Source of the DNA: Candidatus Altiarchaeota archaeon
GTDB taxonomy: Archaea > Altiarchaeota > Altiarchaeia > IMC4 > SCGC-AAA252-I15
Reading direction: 5' to 3'
Assembly (NCBI GenBank): GCA_043800255.1
Contig: JAZDNF010000009.1
Coordinates: 32,001 to 96,000, forward strand
Length of the DNA stretch: 64,000 nt
The notes under the pieces were generated by a model. The model made no database searches, was not told where the DNA came from, and was given only the letters and a program-made list of their open reading frames with translations. Positions 28,558 through 37,274 of this stretch are shown in pieces. Positions within the stretch are counted from its first letter, which is position 1. Each line of letters begins with the position of its first letter. The position numbers were made by a program, and so were the translations under genes.

Positions 28558-29375
28558 TTTCTTATGCCATCTGCGTTCAAGCCTATCAGAGGCTGGAATA
28601 CAGGCAGATTGGATTCTAATATTCTCGCATTCTCGCCGGATACTAGGGCATCGCATTCCTGCTCGGATGCCATCCTCTCGGCCTTATTAATGCCAACGCT
28701 TCCCTTAAGAATGAATGATTCGCTCCCATCGGAGTAGTATCTGACCTTTTCCCTGTTCTCTTCCCTGTCAGTCACTCCGACCAAGCTGCACCCCCTCCTC
28801 AGCATCATAAGCGCTGCGGTTAGGTCAGAGTCAGTATGGAGGAGAGCGAGAACCCTTCCCTGAGTCCCGACTGGGAGCCCTCCCATCCCATCAATCCTTT
28901 TGGAGTAGACGTATGCTGTATCGCCTGAGACGTCGATGCTGACAGTCACGTCAGGGTTTTCCAGGTCTACCTTGGCTTTGCAGTTCACCCGTATTATGTC
29001 GCCAACCTCCGACTCAATAGCTCTCCCGGATATGCTCCGGTCTCCCATCTTGTTGACTCGTACTGCGAACGTGTCGCCCTCTGAGAGCTCAGCCTTGGCC
29101 AGCCTCAGGGCAGCATCATTCAACCCGCTGACCTCGGACTCCAGGGACGGGCTCGTTGATGTTACGCCAAAGGCCCTGGCAGCCCGCTCAGCCACCCTCC
29201 CAGGGTCATCGGCCTTTATGTAAATCCTGTGCCTCTTCTGGTACAATCTCGCGTCCAAGCCCTCCTTCTCCAGGGAATGCTGTAGGTTCCCTGAGAGCTT
29301 GTCCATGAACCGTCTCCTCACCGGATCGCTCTTCAAGAAAATCTCGCCATACCTTACGATAACGGTGTCGTACAT
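28536..29375 (-). CDS. ThiI-like THUMP-domain protein with degenerate PP-loop
   Basis: VRYGEI.LKS..VR, THUMP TFAVR…VDL.NPD, GGLPVGTQG. Canonical SGG.DS replaced by LHTDSD. Confidence 0.8.
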   Translation of the reverse strand: MYDTVIVRYGEIFLKSDPVRRRFMDKLSGNLQHSLEKEGLDARLYQKRHRIYIKADDPGRVAERAARAFGVTSTSPSLESEVSGLNDAALRLAKAELSEGDTFAVRVNKMGDRSISGRAIESEVGDIIRVNCKAKVDLENPDVTVSIDVSGDTAYVYSKRIDGMGGLPVGTQGRVLALLHTDSDLTAALMMLRRGCSLVGVTDREENREKVRYYSDGSESFILKGSVGINKAERMASEQECDALVSGENARILESNLPVFQPLIGLNADGIRKWQSKFA

Positions 29376-29390
29376 TCGAACTGAGAAGAA

Positions 29391-29750
29391 TCAACCAGCA
29401 TCCTTCGGCTTCGAGTATCCTTTCAAGGCGCCTTCAAGCTCCTCGCGCATCTCCTTCGACTTCTCAGTCAGCTTGGCTTCCTGCTTCTCGATGAGTTTTA
29501 TGCGCGCGTCGTTCGTCTCCCTGGTCTCCTTGACGTCCTTCTGGCTCTCATCCTTGCGGGTCTCGATGAAAAGCGGGCCGGAAGCCTTGTAAACTTTGCC
29601 GACGCCCGGCTTTTCCAGCTCGCTTGCGGCGTTCTCAAGCTCGTTGTTCTGCATTATGAGCTGCTGCTTCTGGTAGACTATCATCTGCAGCTGGTTCTGG
29701 ATGTTCTGGAACTGCATCAGCCTGTCCTGCACCTGTTTTGGTAGGTCCAT
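29391..29750 (-). CDS. pfdB: Prefoldin beta subunit
   Basis: Q-rich coiled coils around VYK..G…IE; superoperon context. Confidence 0.9.
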   Translation of the reverse strand: MDLPKQVQDRLMQFQNIQNQLQMIVYQKQQLIMQNNELENAASELEKPGVGKVYKASGPLFIETRKDESQKDVKETRETNDARIKLIEKQEAKLTEKSKEMREELEGALKGYSKPKDAG

Positions 29751-29751
29751 C

Positions 29752-29982
29752 TTATCTCACTATATCGCCCGCCATCATCACCCACCTGAGGTAGGTGTTA
29801 AGCGACGCCCTGAGGGCGTGTAGGTCGTCGGCTGTGATGTCCAACTGCAGGCCGTCGCCAAGCGGTGTTACTTTGACGGCCGACCGGCGCTGCATGTCGC
29901 TCCCAGCCTCCAACGCCAGCGCGGACGCGATTATCTTCGCGTCCGAAGCCGGCATGCTAATCTTGATGTCAAGTTCGTTCAT
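29752..29982 (-). CDS. pcc1: KEOPS complex subunit Pcc1
   Basis: RS.V, I.A.DL.ALRA.LNTYLRW; start MNELD at 29982 coupled to rpo12 stop. Confidence 0.88.
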   Translation of the reverse strand: MNELDIKISMPASDAKIIASALALEAGSDMQRRSAVKVTPLGDGLQLDITADDLHALRASLNTYLRWVMMAGDIVR

Positions 29983-30131
29983 CTGGCTATTATGGACTTC
30001 ACGACGTTTGTCGGCCGCTTCTTGACCCAGATGTTCGACCTCTTCTCCTTGCACTTCGAGCACTTAAGCTTGTTTGACAATATCTTCGCGTAATCTTCCT
30101 CTGATCCGCATTCCATGCAAACGTAACTCAT
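29979..30131 (-). CDS. rpo12: RNA polymerase subunit P (Rpo12); absent from supplied ORF track
   Basis: Manual translation MSYVCMECGSEEDYAKILSNKLKCSKCKEKRSNIWVKKRPTNVVKSIIAR*: two CxxC, K.RP, terminal AR; lies between rpl37Ae and pcc1. Confidence 0.9.
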   Translation of the reverse strand: MSYVCMECGSEEDYAKILSNKLKCSKCKEKRSNIWVKKRPTNVVKSIIAR

Positions 30132-30373
30132 TCTGTCTCCTCCACTGATTTAGTCTCACGGGTTAAGAGGAACGCTCCGCCTGAGAACCTGTTCTTGCAT
30201 GACCTGCACTCCCAGATTCCCTTCGACACCCTCTTGATCTTGATCTTCCCGCAGGAGGGGCATCTGACGTTCTTGGACTTCTCCTCTATCTTGAGGTTCT
30301 GGTCTCTGAGCTTCCTGCCCACCCGGATACCATACCTCCCCATGCTGCCTACCTTTTTCGTGTGGCTGTACAT
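30128..30373 (-). CDS. rpl37ae: 50S ribosomal protein L37Ae (eL43)
   Basis: TKKVG..GRYG.R.G, CP.CG…KR…GIW.C..C…GGA. Confidence 0.95.
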   Translation of the reverse strand: MYSHTKKVGSMGRYGIRVGRKLRDQNLKIEEKSKNVRCPSCGKIKIKRVSKGIWECRSCKNRFSGGAFLLTRETKSVEETE

Positions 30374-30412
30374 TTTCTAGTCCTATAATTTAAGGAAAGG
30401 GTATTAAAAAAC

Positions 30413-31186
30413 CTAACCTTCGACCAGTTTCCTTATATCGGCTGCCTTTTCGAACGCCATATCGATGATGCTCTCTATTTCAGCCTCCGTGAACGAGCCG
30501 TCGCCCCCCTTCTGCATCGCGTTTATTGTGTCGCTGGTCGCAACGGTCAGCCTCGCATCTGTCGCATATTCCTCGTCCAGGTTAGGGTCGAAAAGCACCC
30601 TGCCAGCTATCTTAGAGGCTGTGACCGAGAGAGGCAGGCACGTCAGGTTCAGGTCCCTGTCAGGCTCTCTCACCACAATGCCGTCCTCGAATTTCGGGAT
30701 TTTCGCATTGTACAATGCCGTTACAGAAGCCATGTTCGCTGCATCAAACAGGTTCCCGTCGTTATCGAGAACGTGTATGTCCAAGTAGACGACCCAGACA
30801 TTCTCATCGTCTATCTTCAGCTTCTCGAAGTCTATCGCTCCAGACTCGCGGATGCCCCTGTCGACTACCCTCGCAAGCTCTATCGAATCCTCCCTCGGAG
30901 GACCGGTCTCGAAATTCGGATCCGCTAAGGGTCTGAGTTCGACACTGGTCGTAAGAACGCCCGAATCCGGCGAATCAGAGTACGGTTCCCCGGCATCGAA
31001 GCTGACTCCTGCAAGAACCTGCGTGTCGCCCAGTTTCACGAGGGCTGAGCCCTCAGCCTTAGACTCCACGTAGTCCTTTAATAGTTCTATCCGGCGGAAC
31101 TCGTCCATAGCCCTGCCGTCGACCCTTTTTCCGTCCAGCACAATGTTGGTTATGTAATCCTTTTTAAGGTGTTTTTCGATGTTCAT
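30413..31186 (-). CDS. rrp42: Exosome complex component Rrp42
   Basis: R.DGR…[35 protein letters not shown]. Confidence 0.95.
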   Translation of the reverse strand: MNIEKHLKKDYITNIVLDGKRVDGRAMDEFRRIELLKDYVESKAEGSALVKLGDTQVLAGVSFDAGEPYSDSPDSGVLTTSVELRPLADPNFETGPPREDSIELARVVDRGIRESGAIDFEKLKIDDENVWVVYLDIHVLDNDGNLFDAANMASVTALYNAKIPKFEDGIVVREPDRDLNLTCLPLSVTASKIAGRVLFDPNLDEEYATDARLTVATSDTINAMQKGGDGSFTEAEIESIIDMAFEKAADIRKLVEG

Positions 31187-31914
31187 TCTTGCTCACCCTC
31201 GTTTTTCAGACTCTCGCACAGAGCCGCATTCTGCAGCTCGTTTATCTTCCTGCAGCCGTCCAGCGCCATGCCGAACGCCTTCTTGAACTCGTCCTTCGAA
31301 AGCTTCCCGTCCATCTGAAGCAGGACTATCTCCCCCGTATGGGGGTTCAAGGCTACGGGGACGTCGCTTTCGCCGAAGTTGTCCTCCTCCTTAGCGAGGT
31401 CGACTACTATTTCACCGCCCACCTTGCCTGCAGCGCAGGACGCGATTATGCCCTTCATAGGGATTCCGGCATCCACCAGCGCGAGGGCTGCGGTCGTCAG
31501 GCCGGCGCATCTCGTGCCAGCGTCAGCTTGCAGTATCTCGATGAAGACGTCAACGACGGCGTTCGGAAAACGTTCCAAAAGCACGACGTTGTTCAACGCC
31601 TCAGTCGTTATCTTCGATATCTCAACGGACCTTCGGTCAGGCCCAGGCCGCTTCCTGTCGTCCACAGAGAACGGCGCCATGTTGTAGACGCACCTGACGA
31701 TGCACTTCGTCGGGTCCTGCAGGAACTTAGGGTACAGGTAGCGGGGACCGTATACGGCAGCCAGCACCTTGTTGTTGCCCCATTCAACGTAGGCGGACCC
31801 GTTAGCCCTCTTCAGCACGCCCACCTTCATCTTAACATCCCTTAGCTCGTCAGGTTTCCTTCCGTCCAACCTGACTCCGTCCTTTATCAGGACAATGTCA
31901 TGTTTCTTTGCCAT
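31183..31914 (-). CDS. rrp41: Exosome complex exonuclease Rrp41
   Basis: [45 protein letters not shown]. Confidence 0.96.
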   Translation of the reverse strand: MAKKHDIVLIKDGVRLDGRKPDELRDVKMKVGVLKRANGSAYVEWGNNKVLAAVYGPRYLYPKFLQDPTKCIVRCVYNMAPFSVDDRKRPGPDRRSVEISKITTEALNNVVLLERFPNAVVDVFIEILQADAGTRCAGLTTAALALVDAGIPMKGIIASCAAGKVGGEIVVDLAKEEDNFGESDVPVALNPHTGEIVLLQMDGKLSKDEFKKAFGMALDGCRKINELQNAALCESLKNEGEQE

Positions 31915-31918
31915 CTTA

Positions 31919-32560
31919 TTACCTCTCATCTAATAATCGTGATATTCTGTCTGTCAGGCCTGAACTCTGCGCCTCAGCCTCTATCTTCTTGACGACTGAC
32001 GCAACGTATGCTGCATTCTCGCCCTTGATCCACACGTAGCCGTTCTGGCCGACAACCATCCTGGAATTTGTTTTTTCCCGTATCATGTTAAGCATCGACC
32101 TCTTCCTGCCTATCACGCGGGGTATCCTCCTCGGGTTCACCTCGACTATGAGCCCGCCTTCAAGCTTGAAAGGGCCCTCGATCAGCGACTCGTGAACCTC
32201 GTTCACTGAGGTTATCTTCCCGCTCAGTATGTCACCAACGTTGTAGAATCTGGTAAGATCCTCCTCCAGCGGCCGTCTGGTCACAGCCTCCCCGAACATC
32301 GTGCACTGGTAGGGCGAATTCATGTCGATGGCCCACCTGCCGGTGAGAACGGTCTTCACCACGCCTATTATAACGTCGTTGACCTTCGGGACGTACGCCC
32401 CTGAGGAGGGCATTATACTGACATTTTTTCCGTCAACCCGCGCTATCCCGAAGCGCGTCGAGTAGAACTTACCGGCCGCCCTGATGCAGTTGTCGTCGCA
32501 TATGATATCGGTACCCAGAAACTGTCCAGGCAGCACTATTTCCCTGTCGTTTATTTCCAT
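31919..32560 (-). CDS. rrp4: Exosome RNA-binding protein Rrp4
   Basis: V.PG, Y.P…D..IG, PRVIG…SM, GQNG.VW, SGLT. Confidence 0.93.
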   Translation of the reverse strand: MEINDREIVLPGQFLGTDIICDDNCIRAAGKFYSTRFGIARVDGKNVSIMPSSGAYVPKVNDVIIGVVKTVLTGRWAIDMNSPYQCTMFGEAVTRRPLEEDLTRFYNVGDILSGKITSVNEVHESLIEGPFKLEGGLIVEVNPRRIPRVIGRKRSMLNMIREKTNSRMVVGQNGYVWIKGENAAYVASVVKKIEAEAQSSGLTDRISRLLDER

Positions 32561-32563
32561 TTT

Positions 32564-33256
32564 TTATTTTAGGATTTTTATCTTAATCTCGCCGTGAGTC
32601 GCGTTGTTCAGCTTTTCGAACATTTCGTCCCTGATTCCCGCGGGAATCTCGATCTTACAGTACTGTTCGCCGCTGACCCACTGCTCCTGCCTGACCTCGC
32701 CGAACTCCTTTAGGACGTGATAGAGTTTGCCGGCATAGTTTGCAGGTATCTTTATCGCAACCTCGGTGGTCTCGAACTTTATCGGTATGATTGGCTTCAG
32801 CTCCTTCAATATTTTTTCGATCTGCTCCTCCGCCGACTTCGCGGCGTCAACCTTTACCTTGGCCTCCTCCATCGCCTTCTCGATCCTCGAAGGCGGATGC
32901 GGGAGCTTGGTCTGCGGGTTTATCGAATTCCTCGCTATTATGTTGATTATCTTTTTCCTTCGCTCTTCGAGAATCCTTGCCTTCTGCTGAGTGGTCAGGT
33001 GCAGCTCCCCCTTCTTGAGGATCTTCGTGACTGCTGTGTTCAGCTGCGCGTCTCCGAAGACCTCCTTCATAACCTCCTCTGAGGCTTTCTCCCCGCTCGC
33101 AGCGTCCTTGAATACGCTTTCCGCGGCCAGAATCTCGTCCAAGGGGATATTAACACCAGACCGGTATTCTAAAGCCTTGTCAGGATCGACAAAGATTTCA
33201 AACGTGTGACCGTGTGTTTTGAGCCTGGCGATGACCGCGTCATCCAGACTTGTCAT
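32564..33256 (-). CDS. sdo1: Ribosome maturation factor SBDS/Sdo1
   Basis: ARL…G..FEI.VD, GE..LT, INPQT..PHP..RIE.A. Confidence 0.95.
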   Translation of the reverse strand: MTSLDDAVIARLKTHGHTFEIFVDPDKALEYRSGVNIPLDEILAAESVFKDAASGEKASEEVMKEVFGDAQLNTAVTKILKKGELHLTTQQKARILEERRKKIINIIARNSINPQTKLPHPPSRIEKAMEEAKVKVDAAKSAEEQIEKILKELKPIIPIKFETTEVAIKIPANYAGKLYHVLKEFGEVRQEQWVSGEQYCKIEIPAGIRDEMFEKLNNATHGEIKIKILK

Positions 33257-34025
33257 CTTCTACTTTTTCTGATTCTGATTTCTTTTTTCCCTTCCTTCTG
33301 CTCTCCAACTCGCTCTTCAAATCATCAAGTGATTTTCCGATCTCGTCTGCAGACACTCTTGTATATTTGTTCTTCGATTCTATGGATATCATGTCAATGT
33401 TCTCTTTCTTCAGCTTGCTCTCGCTTACCGCGTTCAATCCGAAGAGGGCGACCTCCAATGCCTGCTTCCTGCTCAGCCCGTCCTTGTATTTCTCCTCGAA
33501 CACCTTCTCGACGTCCCTCTTGCCCATGCCAATGGACGTTGCCTTGTACTCGGTGTAGGCGCCGCTCGGGTCTGACTCGAAAACGTGAGGCCTATTGTTG
33601 ACTCCAGCTATCAAGAGCGCGGTTCCGAACGGCCTGGCGCCGCCGAACTGCGTATAAAGCTGCTTTATGTCACACAGTTCCCTCGTAAGCTGCGATACTG
33701 TGATAGGCTCATTGTACGCGAGCCTGTGCCTCTGCGCCTTAATCCTGGCCTCCTCTATAAGCCTTCTGGCGTCCGCAACCAGTCCCGATGTGGCTATACC
33801 AATATGGTCGTCTATCTTGAATATCTTCTCGACGGAGCTAGGTATTATCAGTGATGTGGCGACGTTCTTGTCCACCGCCAGGAGCACGCCCCCCGCATAG
33901 GATATGCCAACAGCGGTGGTGCCTCTCTTGACAGCCTCCCTCGCGTATTCTACCTGGAATAGACGCCCATCAGGGCTGAAAACCGTTATAGCTCTATCAT
34001 AAGCAGCCGGACCTTGCGGATACAT
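33240..34025 (-). CDS. psmA: Proteasome subunit alpha
   Basis: YDRAITVFSPDGRLFQVEYA.EAV, SGL.ADAR, TQ.GG.RPFG, DPSG. Confidence 0.97.
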   Translation of the reverse strand: MYPQGPAAYDRAITVFSPDGRLFQVEYAREAVKRGTTAVGISYAGGVLLAVDKNVATSLIIPSSVEKIFKIDDHIGIATSGLVADARRLIEEARIKAQRHRLAYNEPITVSQLTRELCDIKQLYTQFGGARPFGTALLIAGVNNRPHVFESDPSGAYTEYKATSIGMGKRDVEKVFEEKYKDGLSRKQALEVALFGLNAVSESKLKKENIDMISIESKNKYTRVSADEIGKSLDDLKSELESRRKGKKKSESEKVEDDKSG

Positions 34026-34072
34026 TTTATCACAAATACCTTAATATTTACACATTATAGCTTATATATACA

Positions 34073-34588
34073 TCATCCGTCCAGAATGCGTTTTCTGTAG
34101 ATTGCAAACGCTTTTATGAATCCTGGGGCGAATTTTGAAGGTCGCTCCCTGATAAGCCGTATGATCTGTCCAGGTTCCATGAATTCAATGCTTTTTATCT
34201 CCTCCGGGTTGAAGGTGAACGGGCCGCTGTGCCGTGCGACATATAGCATGCTGTTCTCCCTGTCGGTTCTAGTGTACTTTCTGAACCATCCCACCTCCTC
34301 CAGATGTACTTCTGTCCCAGGCAGCTCCTCCTTAAGTTCCCTCTCCGCCGCCTCCCTGTAGGTTTCACCAGGCATGGGATGCCCTGAGACCGAGCAGCCG
34401 TAGAGGCCTGGTGATACGTCCTTCAGGTCGCTCCTCTCCGCCAGCAGTATCCTCCCCTCATTATCCACTATGAGGATGTGAGAGCATCTGTGGATTTTCC
34501 CATTGGTTGAGTGGCATTCTCCCCTGGTTGAGAAACCGACATGCCTGTCGTCTGCGTCAAATACTTCGAACACTTCATCTGATGGCAT
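34073..34588 (-). CDS. NUDIX hydrolase (IPP isomerase type 1-like subfamily)
   Basis: H…HR..H, R…K…PG, GH…GE….A.REL.EEL Nudix box, NPEEI. Confidence 0.8.
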   Translation of the reverse strand: MPSDEVFEVFDADDRHVGFSTRGECHSTNGKIHRCSHILIVDNEGRILLAERSDLKDVSPGLYGCSVSGHPMPGETYREAAERELKEELPGTEVHLEEVGWFRKYTRTDRENSMLYVARHSGPFTFNPEEIKSIEFMEPGQIIRLIRERPSKFAPGFIKAFAIYRKRILDG

Positions 34589-34606
34589 CTTCTGTCTGCA
34601 GAAACC

Positions 34607-35101
34607 CTAATCGAACAGCCTTCTGACGACGGCAACCCTCTCCCCCAGGGATTTGTGCCTTGTCTCCTCATCGCCTTTCGTGTAGCCTGAATACTCCAGT
34701 ATCTCGGATACCTTGATGTCCACTAGGCTTGCAGCCTGCGTGAGGGATATTCCTGACGAGTACATCCTAGAGCCTACCTTAACCCTCGCCTTGTACACGA
34801 GGTTGCCGTGGAATAGGCCGTGCTCCTCGTCAAACGACTCTATGGAGGATATGGCTCCAGCGAGGTCGCCCTTCTCCAGCTTCTCCCTGACATAGTATAT
34901 CAAAGTGTCTATTTTCTCAGAAAAGTGTACTTTGGACAGCACCTTGTTCAGGCAGTAGGATATTATCGCAAGATTTATGATGTCGTCAGACTGTTCGACG
35001 ACTGCCTCCATGCTGTATCTCTTGGAAAGCTTCCTCAGTTCAAGGGCGTCCCTGGAGTCTATCGCCTTCTTCAGGCCTGTGATGTCAGTCTTATTTTCCA
35101 T
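34607..35101 (-). CDS. Hypothetical protein with possible C-terminal HTH
   Basis: GISL.QAA.L…..EI..Y.G helix-turn-helix-like segment. Confidence 0.6.
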   Translation of the reverse strand: MENKTDITGLKKAIDSRDALELRKLSKRYSMEAVVEQSDDIINLAIISYCLNKVLSKVHFSEKIDTLIYYVREKLEKGDLAGAISSIESFDEEHGLFHGNLVYKARVKVGSRMYSSGISLTQAASLVDIKVSEILEYSGYTKGDEETRHKSLGERVAVVRRLFD

Positions 35102-35996
35102 GTTTGAGGCCCCAGCTGAATTTTTCAGTCAGGAGGTGGAAGGCCTCCTGCGGCGGCATTATGCCTTCCTCAGTTATTATGACGTCAACGTACTCTGACT
35201 GCGTGATGTCGAACGCCGGGTTCCTTATCTTCACCTTCGGGATCCTGGTCACCTCGTCCGGGTCCCTCTCCTCTATCTTGACCATCTTGCCTATGATGCT
35301 CTCAGGCGAGAATTTTATCGACTCGGCTGCGACAATCAATGGGATGTTCATCTTCTTCGCCGCCAATGCTATCTGCGCGGTCCCTATCTTGTTGACGATG
35401 TCGCCGTCAGAGTATATGGTGTCTGCTCCGACGATGACCTTGTCCACGTTCAATTCCTGCATCATATAGTAGACTGCGGAGTCTATTATGAGGGTTGTGG
35501 GGATGCCGTGCTTTGACAGCAGGCTCGCGGTGATATAACCCTGGTGTCTGGGCCTGGCTTCGGTGCACACCGCCTTTATCTTCTTGCCCTGGTCCCACGC
35601 TTTCATCAGGATCTGGGCGACTGTGTCGCTCTGGCAGTGGGTGAGTATCGTCTCCCCTGGGTTTATTATGCTCGCGCCTATGGTCGCTATCCTCTCAAGA
35701 GACTCGTTCAGACGCCTCAGGTAGTCTGCTATCTCCGCCGCCGTCTTCTGCCTGAAGTCTTCCTCGTCCCTGTTCTTATCGACTAGGTATAGCACATAGT
35801 TGACCGCGTTCGGCAGGCTTATGGCGGACGGCCTGGCTTTTTTGAGCTTGGAGCCAGCGCGTCTCATGTCAGCAGGGCTTCCGCCTTCCCTCATGACAGC
35901 TTCCAGAGCCTCTACAGCCGCTATCGCGATGTCTCTTGCGCCTCTGACCTTCATGCTCCTGATCTTCTCAGCGACAACGTCTACCTTCGCCTTCAC
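35091..35996 (-). CDS. Ribose-1,5-bisphosphate isomerase (eIF-2B family)
   Basis: M.VRGA, ARP.A.SL, LTHC.S, TEARP..QG, VGAD, NKIGT, NPAFD.T. Confidence 0.85.
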   Translation of the reverse strand: MKAKVDVVAEKIRSMKVRGARDIAIAAVEALEAVMREGGSPADMRRAGSKLKKARPSAISLPNAVNYVLYLVDKNRDEEDFRQKTAAEIADYLRRLNESLERIATIGASIINPGETILTHCQSDTVAQILMKAWDQGKKIKAVCTEARPRHQGYITASLLSKHGIPTTLIIDSAVYYMMQELNVDKVIVGADTIYSDGDIVNKIGTAQIALAAKKMNIPLIVAAESIKFSPESIIGKMVKIEERDPDEVTRIPKVKIRNPAFDITQSEYVDVIITEEGIMPPQEAFHLLTEKFSWGLKHGK

Positions 35997-36031
35997 ACTT
36001 AACTATGGTATTGTGTCATATATAACGGGGC

Positions 36032-37177
36032 ATGAAATCTGAACTGTCAAGCGTTGACATCTACGTTCTCACTCGAGAATTGGACCAGCAGCTTAGGGGC
36101 AGGAGGTTCGACAAGTTCTACCAGATAGCTGAGAAGACGCTGAAGATAAGGCTGAGGCAGGTCAAACAGGACCTCATAATAGCGAAAAATTATCTGTGCC
36201 TGTCAGACTTCGATAGGAAGTCGCCGGAGCGGCCGTCATCCTTTGCCATGCAGCTGAGGAAGCACCTCTCCGGCGGAATCATAGAATCAGTCAGCCAGCA
36301 CAGCTTCGACAGGATTGTCATATTCTCCGTCAACGTGGGAGATAGAAGATACAGCCTCGTGGCCGAGCTCTTCTCTAAGGGCAACATCTTCCTGTTGGAT
36401 TCAGAGTGGACTATACTAGGGCTTCTGGAATGGCAGAAGTGGAGGGACAGAACGCTCGGCGTCGGAGTGAAATACAGTTTCCCACCAAGCCAGATGAACC
36501 CCTTCGAATCCGATCCAGATGCTGTTGGCGTGGTGATTCTGAAATCTGACAAAAGGCTTGCCGCAACAATTGCAACAGAGTTGAACCTGGGAGGCTCCTA
36601 TGCTGAGGAGATGTGCATCCTCTCCGGCGTTGACAAGAACAGGACGGCGTCAGATTTGACCAAGTACGAGGGTGAGAGCATCCTCAAAGCATTGGGCGAG
36701 TTCTCGAAGACAGTCAAAGAGGCCGGGAACCCGGTTATAGTATTAGACGGGGGTGAGCCGGCTGACATCTCACCCATGATGCTGAAAAAGTTCGAACGCC
36801 TTGAGGTGAGAAAAACAGAAACATTTAACCAGGCTGTTGATGAATTGTTCAGCCCCAGGGATATGATGCAATCACAGTCTGCAGCAGAATCAGAGGCAAC
36901 CGAGAAGGAGGAGAAGCTGGCGAGGATCAGAAGCGAGCAGGAGTCAGCCATAAAAAAACTGGAGGAGAAGGCCAGAGTGTCAAAAAATCGGGGAGACCTA
37001 ATCTACCAGAGCCTGAACGAGATACAAACAGTAGTCGACCAGATAAGAAAAGCCAGAGACGCAGGCCTCTCAGACAAGGACATAATGGAAAAATTCGAAC
37101 AAGGAAAAAAGAAAGACATAATCGAGGCCAAACTCGTGAAAAGCCTCAAAAAAGACAAACTCGTCCTAGACCTGTAG
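36032..37177 (+). CDS. NFACT/Rqc2 homologue, N-terminal part only
   Basis: S.D, P..F.M.LRKHL, Q..FDRI, ELF.KGN, DR…G..Y.FP, G..YAEE. Ends at 381 aa with no NFACT-R domain. Confidence 0.85.
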   Translation: MKSELSSVDIYVLTRELDQQLRGRRFDKFYQIAEKTLKIRLRQVKQDLIIAKNYLCLSDFDRKSPERPSSFAMQLRKHLSGGIIESVSQHSFDRIVIFSVNVGDRRYSLVAELFSKGNIFLLDSEWTILGLLEWQKWRDRTLGVGVKYSFPPSQMNPFESDPDAVGVVILKSDKRLAATIATELNLGGSYAEEMCILSGVDKNRTASDLTKYEGESILKALGEFSKTVKEAGNPVIVLDGGEPADISPMMLKKFERLEVRKTETFNQAVDELFSPRDMMQSQSAAESEATEKEEKLARIRSEQESAIKKLEEKARVSKNRGDLIYQSLNEIQTVVDQIRKARDAGLSDKDIMEKFEQGKKKDIIEAKLVKSLKKDKLVLDL

Positions 37178-37178
37178 C

Positions 37179-37274
37179 TCACTTCTTCTCCCACTGTCGG
37201 AGTTTCCCGACGAGAAAGAGGCGGCATTCCGCCTTCGGCTCCAGCCACCTTGACGCATTACTTTTTCTCCCACT
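37179..37274. repeat. 17-bp imperfect direct repeat (37179-37195 and 37258-37274) duplicating the hps 3' end
   Basis: tcacttcttctcccact vs ttactttttctcccact; both read W-E-K-K-stop on the minus strand. Confidence 0.8.
37196..37251 (-). repeat. Dispersed two-hairpin element, copy B
   Basis: AAGGTGGC-TGGA-[GCC GAA GGC]-GGAAT-GCCGCCT, CTTTCTC, hairpin GTCGGG-AAAC-TCCGAC. Confidence 0.7.

Noticed and set aside
37196-37251. Two-hairpin element as hammerhead ribozyme, archaeal SECIS or C/D guide
   Set aside because: CUGGA/CUGAA…GAAY resembles the hammerhead core but lacks CUGANGA, GAAA and the three-stem junction. No GAA/A SECIS loop or Sec gene nearby, and no RUGAUGA box.
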